A stretch of 22,170 nucleotides of DNA from an uncultured Thermococci archaeon (GTDB lineage: Archaea > Methanobacteriota_B > Thermococci > Thermococcales > Thermococcaceae). Position numbers and translations under genes: made by a program. The notes under the pieces are model-generated. The model searched no databases. It saw only the letters and a list, made by a program, of their open reading frames with translations, and was not told the origin of the DNA. Positions 20,355-22,170 of the stretch are shown here, in pieces. The stretch covers positions 1 through 22,170 of the forward strand of contig CAZAPD010000009.1 of the NCBI GenBank assembly GCA_964487115.1. Reading direction: 5' to 3'. Position 1 is the first letter of the stretch, and each line of letters opens with the position of its first letter.

Positions 20355-20402
20355 TTGAGATATTATCATTAAATATAAGTACTGCAATAGGGAGTGATTA
20401 GA

Positions 20403-21896
20403 ATGTTTGTCCGTTCGCTTTCAGCTGGGGGTTCTATCGAGGAAATTGGAGGTAAAGCATATCGTCTTTCAATTTTGGCGAGATATTTTAATGTTCCCGA
20501 AGGTTTTGTTATAACAACCAAAGCTTACGAGCTCTGGAAGAAGTCGGGAGAGCTCCCCAACAAAGTGGTAACGGAAATTCAGAAGTATTTCACCTCTCCT
20601 TACCTTCTTGAAGGGCGCTTCCCCGTCGTGGTCAGGAGTTCGGCGAATGTTGAAGACAGCAAGAATGCCAGCTTTGCTGGTGTCTTTGAAAGTATAACCA
20701 ACATAAGAACTTTTGAAGAACTCCTCAGAGCAGTTGAAATGGTTTTCAGGAACGCAACCTCAGAGAGAGTTAAAGTTTACACAGAGCATATGGGCATCGA
20801 AAAAGAAATTAAAATGGCAGTTCTCGTTCAGAGACAGATTGATCCAGAACTCTCTGGAGTTCTCTTCACGCGCTCCCCTAATGACCCTGATAAAGTTCTT
20901 ATTGAGTTTGCATATGGTTCTGGTGAAAAACTGGTCAGTGGTAGGGCTAATGCCGAAAGGAAGCTTCTTCCAAGGATCCCCGAGAGTATAGGAGACAAAC
21001 TTATGAGAGAATTAATTCAGACAGGTTTAGAGATAGAAGACCTCTTTGGAAATCCCCAAGATATCGAATGGACATATGATGGGACGCTCTGGATACTTCA
21101 GTCAAGGAATATAACGACGATAGGTAAGATGAAAAGGAAAACAAATATCTCGGGAAGTTGGCACATTTTAAAAGGAACCCCAGCCAGCCCTGAGAAGGCT
21201 AAAGGTACAGCAAAGTTTATTCTTGATGATCAGCCTCCTGAGGAAGTAGCCCGGATTTTTCCAGAAGGAGCAGTCTTAGTTACTTATGTTCTCCACGCTG
21301 AGTACTACAAACTTTTCACCAGAGCCTCGGCTATAGTTACGAAAGTTGACAGCATGCTTTCCCATCCTGCCATAATAGCACGGGAACTCGGCATTCCCTG
21401 TGTTGTCGGTGTTGACGTTGAACTGATTCGTGAGGGCGATGAAGTAATGGTAGATGGAGACGAAGGGATTGTTTATGTAAAAAACCCAAGAACTGCTTTC
21501 AGGAGAGTTAACCTCTGGAAGGCAAGTTATGAGGAAGATGAACTCATTAAAGAGCTGAAAGCAGAATATTTAAACGCGCTTGAGCGTCTTGATCCAGATG
21601 GTCTTGAGGAAGTCATTGTTAAAGCCTTCAAGATTGTAAAAGAGCTTTATCCCAAGGACAGAGAGAAAGCATTCAACGTTTATTACTTCATAAATGTTAT
21701 GATGGAGGAGAACACTCCAAAAATTCTAAGCAAGCATTTCAATGTAATGGAAATATTCTCCAGGGCAGATCACAATGAAAAACCACGAAACAGTGAGGAA
21801 GCCAAGCTTTTCAAAATCTACCGCCTGCTCAAATCCTTTATCAACTATAAAGATGAAAGGATAAAAGACATACCTAAACTGCTCTTTAATCTCTAA
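20403..21896 (+). CDS. PEP-utilizer-family dikinase-like phosphotransferase (ATP-grasp + phospho-His domain + unknown helical C-domain)
   Basis: [55 protein letters not shown] (PPDK_N-type), then [19 protein letters not shown]...VMVDGDEG (mobile His domain, His codon 21363-21365). No PEP/pyruvate barrel. Start at ATG 20403 behind GGAGTGA. Confidence 0.85.
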   Translation: MFVRSLSAGGSIEEIGGKAYRLSILARYFNVPEGFVITTKAYELWKKSGELPNKVVTEIQKYFTSPYLLEGRFPVVVRSSANVEDSKNASFAGVFESITNIRTFEELLRAVEMVFRNATSERVKVYTEHMGIEKEIKMAVLVQRQIDPELSGVLFTRSPNDPDKVLIEFAYGSGEKLVSGRANAERKLLPRIPESIGDKLMRELIQTGLEIEDLFGNPQDIEWTYDGTLWILQSRNITTIGKMKRKTNISGSWHILKGTPASPEKAKGTAKFILDDQPPEEVARIFPEGAVLVTYVLHAEYYKLFTRASAIVTKVDSMLSHPAIIARELGIPCVVGVDVELIREGDEVMVDGDEGIVYVKNPRTAFRRVNLWKASYEEDELIKELKAEYLNALERLDPDGLEEVIVKAFKIVKELYPKDREKAFNVYYFINVMMEENTPKILSKHFNVMEIFSRADHNEKPRNSEEAKLFKIYRLLKSFINYKDERIKDIPKLLFNL

Positions 21897-21902
21897 AGGT
21901 TT

Positions 21903-21926
21903 TTTTATCATTTTTATGTTTAAAAA
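21903..21926 (+). repeat. 24-bp direct repeat, copy 2
   Basis: Identical to 20210-20233. Begins 7 nt after the dikinase stop codon. Confidence 0.85.
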
Positions 21927-21965
21927 TGCTTAAATATATGCTTAATTTTAACATAATAACGTCAA
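21905..21965 (+). promoter_or_regulatory. purT promoter: pur box, TATA, pur box
   Basis: TTATCAT-TTTT-ATGTTTA (21905-21922), CTTAAATA (21929-21936), TTAACAT-AATA-ACGTCAA (21948-21965), 43-bp spacing. Confidence 0.75.
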
Positions 21966-21982
21966 TATTTTGGGTGATGCAG

Positions 21983-22170
21983 ATGATTGGAACTAGAGAT
22001 GAGATTGGAACTCCCCTAACAGACTCTGCTGTTAAGATTCTCCTCCTTGGAAGTGGCGAGCTTGGAAAGGAAATAGCTATAGAAGCCCAAAGGCTTGGAG
22101 TTGAAGTAATTGCGGTCGATAGGTATCCAAACGCTCCAGCCATGCAAGTTGCTCACAAAAGCTATGTTGG
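21983..22170 (+). CDS. purT: Formate-dependent GAR transformylase (5' part, runs off the window)
   Basis: [62 protein letters not shown], with RBS GGGTGA at 21972-21977. Confidence 0.95.
   Translation, partial: MIGTRDEIGTPLTDSAVKILLLGSGELGKEIAIEAQRLGVEVIAVDRYPNAPAMQVAHKSYV

Noticed and set aside
20403..21896. Calling the gene ppsA or rph
   Set aside because: It lacks the PEP/pyruvate barrel of PpsA and the large central substrate domain of rifampin phosphotransferase.
20210..21926. IS element or transposon explanation for the repeat-flanked cassette
   Set aside because: No transposase or integrase and no terminal inverted repeats are visible, so it is reported as a duplication only.
21985..22012. 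GATTGGAACT repeated at the purT start (IGT-RDE-IGT)
   Set aside because: A 10-bp in-frame repeat with no evident consequence.

Overview
Archaeal DNA that looks like Thermococcales (GGTGA-type ribosome-binding sites, BRE/TATA promoters, Thermococcus/Pyrococcus-type proteins). The left part (1-5.8 kb) holds the 5' part of taw3, a decayed ATPase/wHTH gene remnant, an IGHMBP2/Upf1-like SF1 helicase, a box C/D guide sRNA missing from the ORF track, a disrupted DUF4855-like gene, a surface glycoprotein, a frameshifted hypothetical gene and a 23-aa hydrophobic microprotein. The rest is a cofactor/purine biosynthesis cluster: guaB, nadB-DUF401-nadA-nadC, pdxS-pdxT, a stand-alone FdhA-like Mo/W enzyme, purF/purC (divergent), a DUF835 membrane protein, purM and the start of purT. 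The most notable structure is an 18-bp palindromic box (TTAACAT-N4-ATGTTAA) in front of the pur genes. Three times it occurs as a pair exactly 43 bp apart bracketing a TATA box. An orphan PEP-utilizer-type dikinase (ATP-grasp + phospho-His domain + unrecognised C-terminal domain, no pyruvate-binding barrel) sits between purM and purT, flanked by a 24-bp direct repeat that is a duplicated piece of this promoter, so it appears to have been recruited into the purine regulon. No CRISPR array, tRNA, rRNA or transposase was seen. All family assignments come from motif recognition, not database searches.
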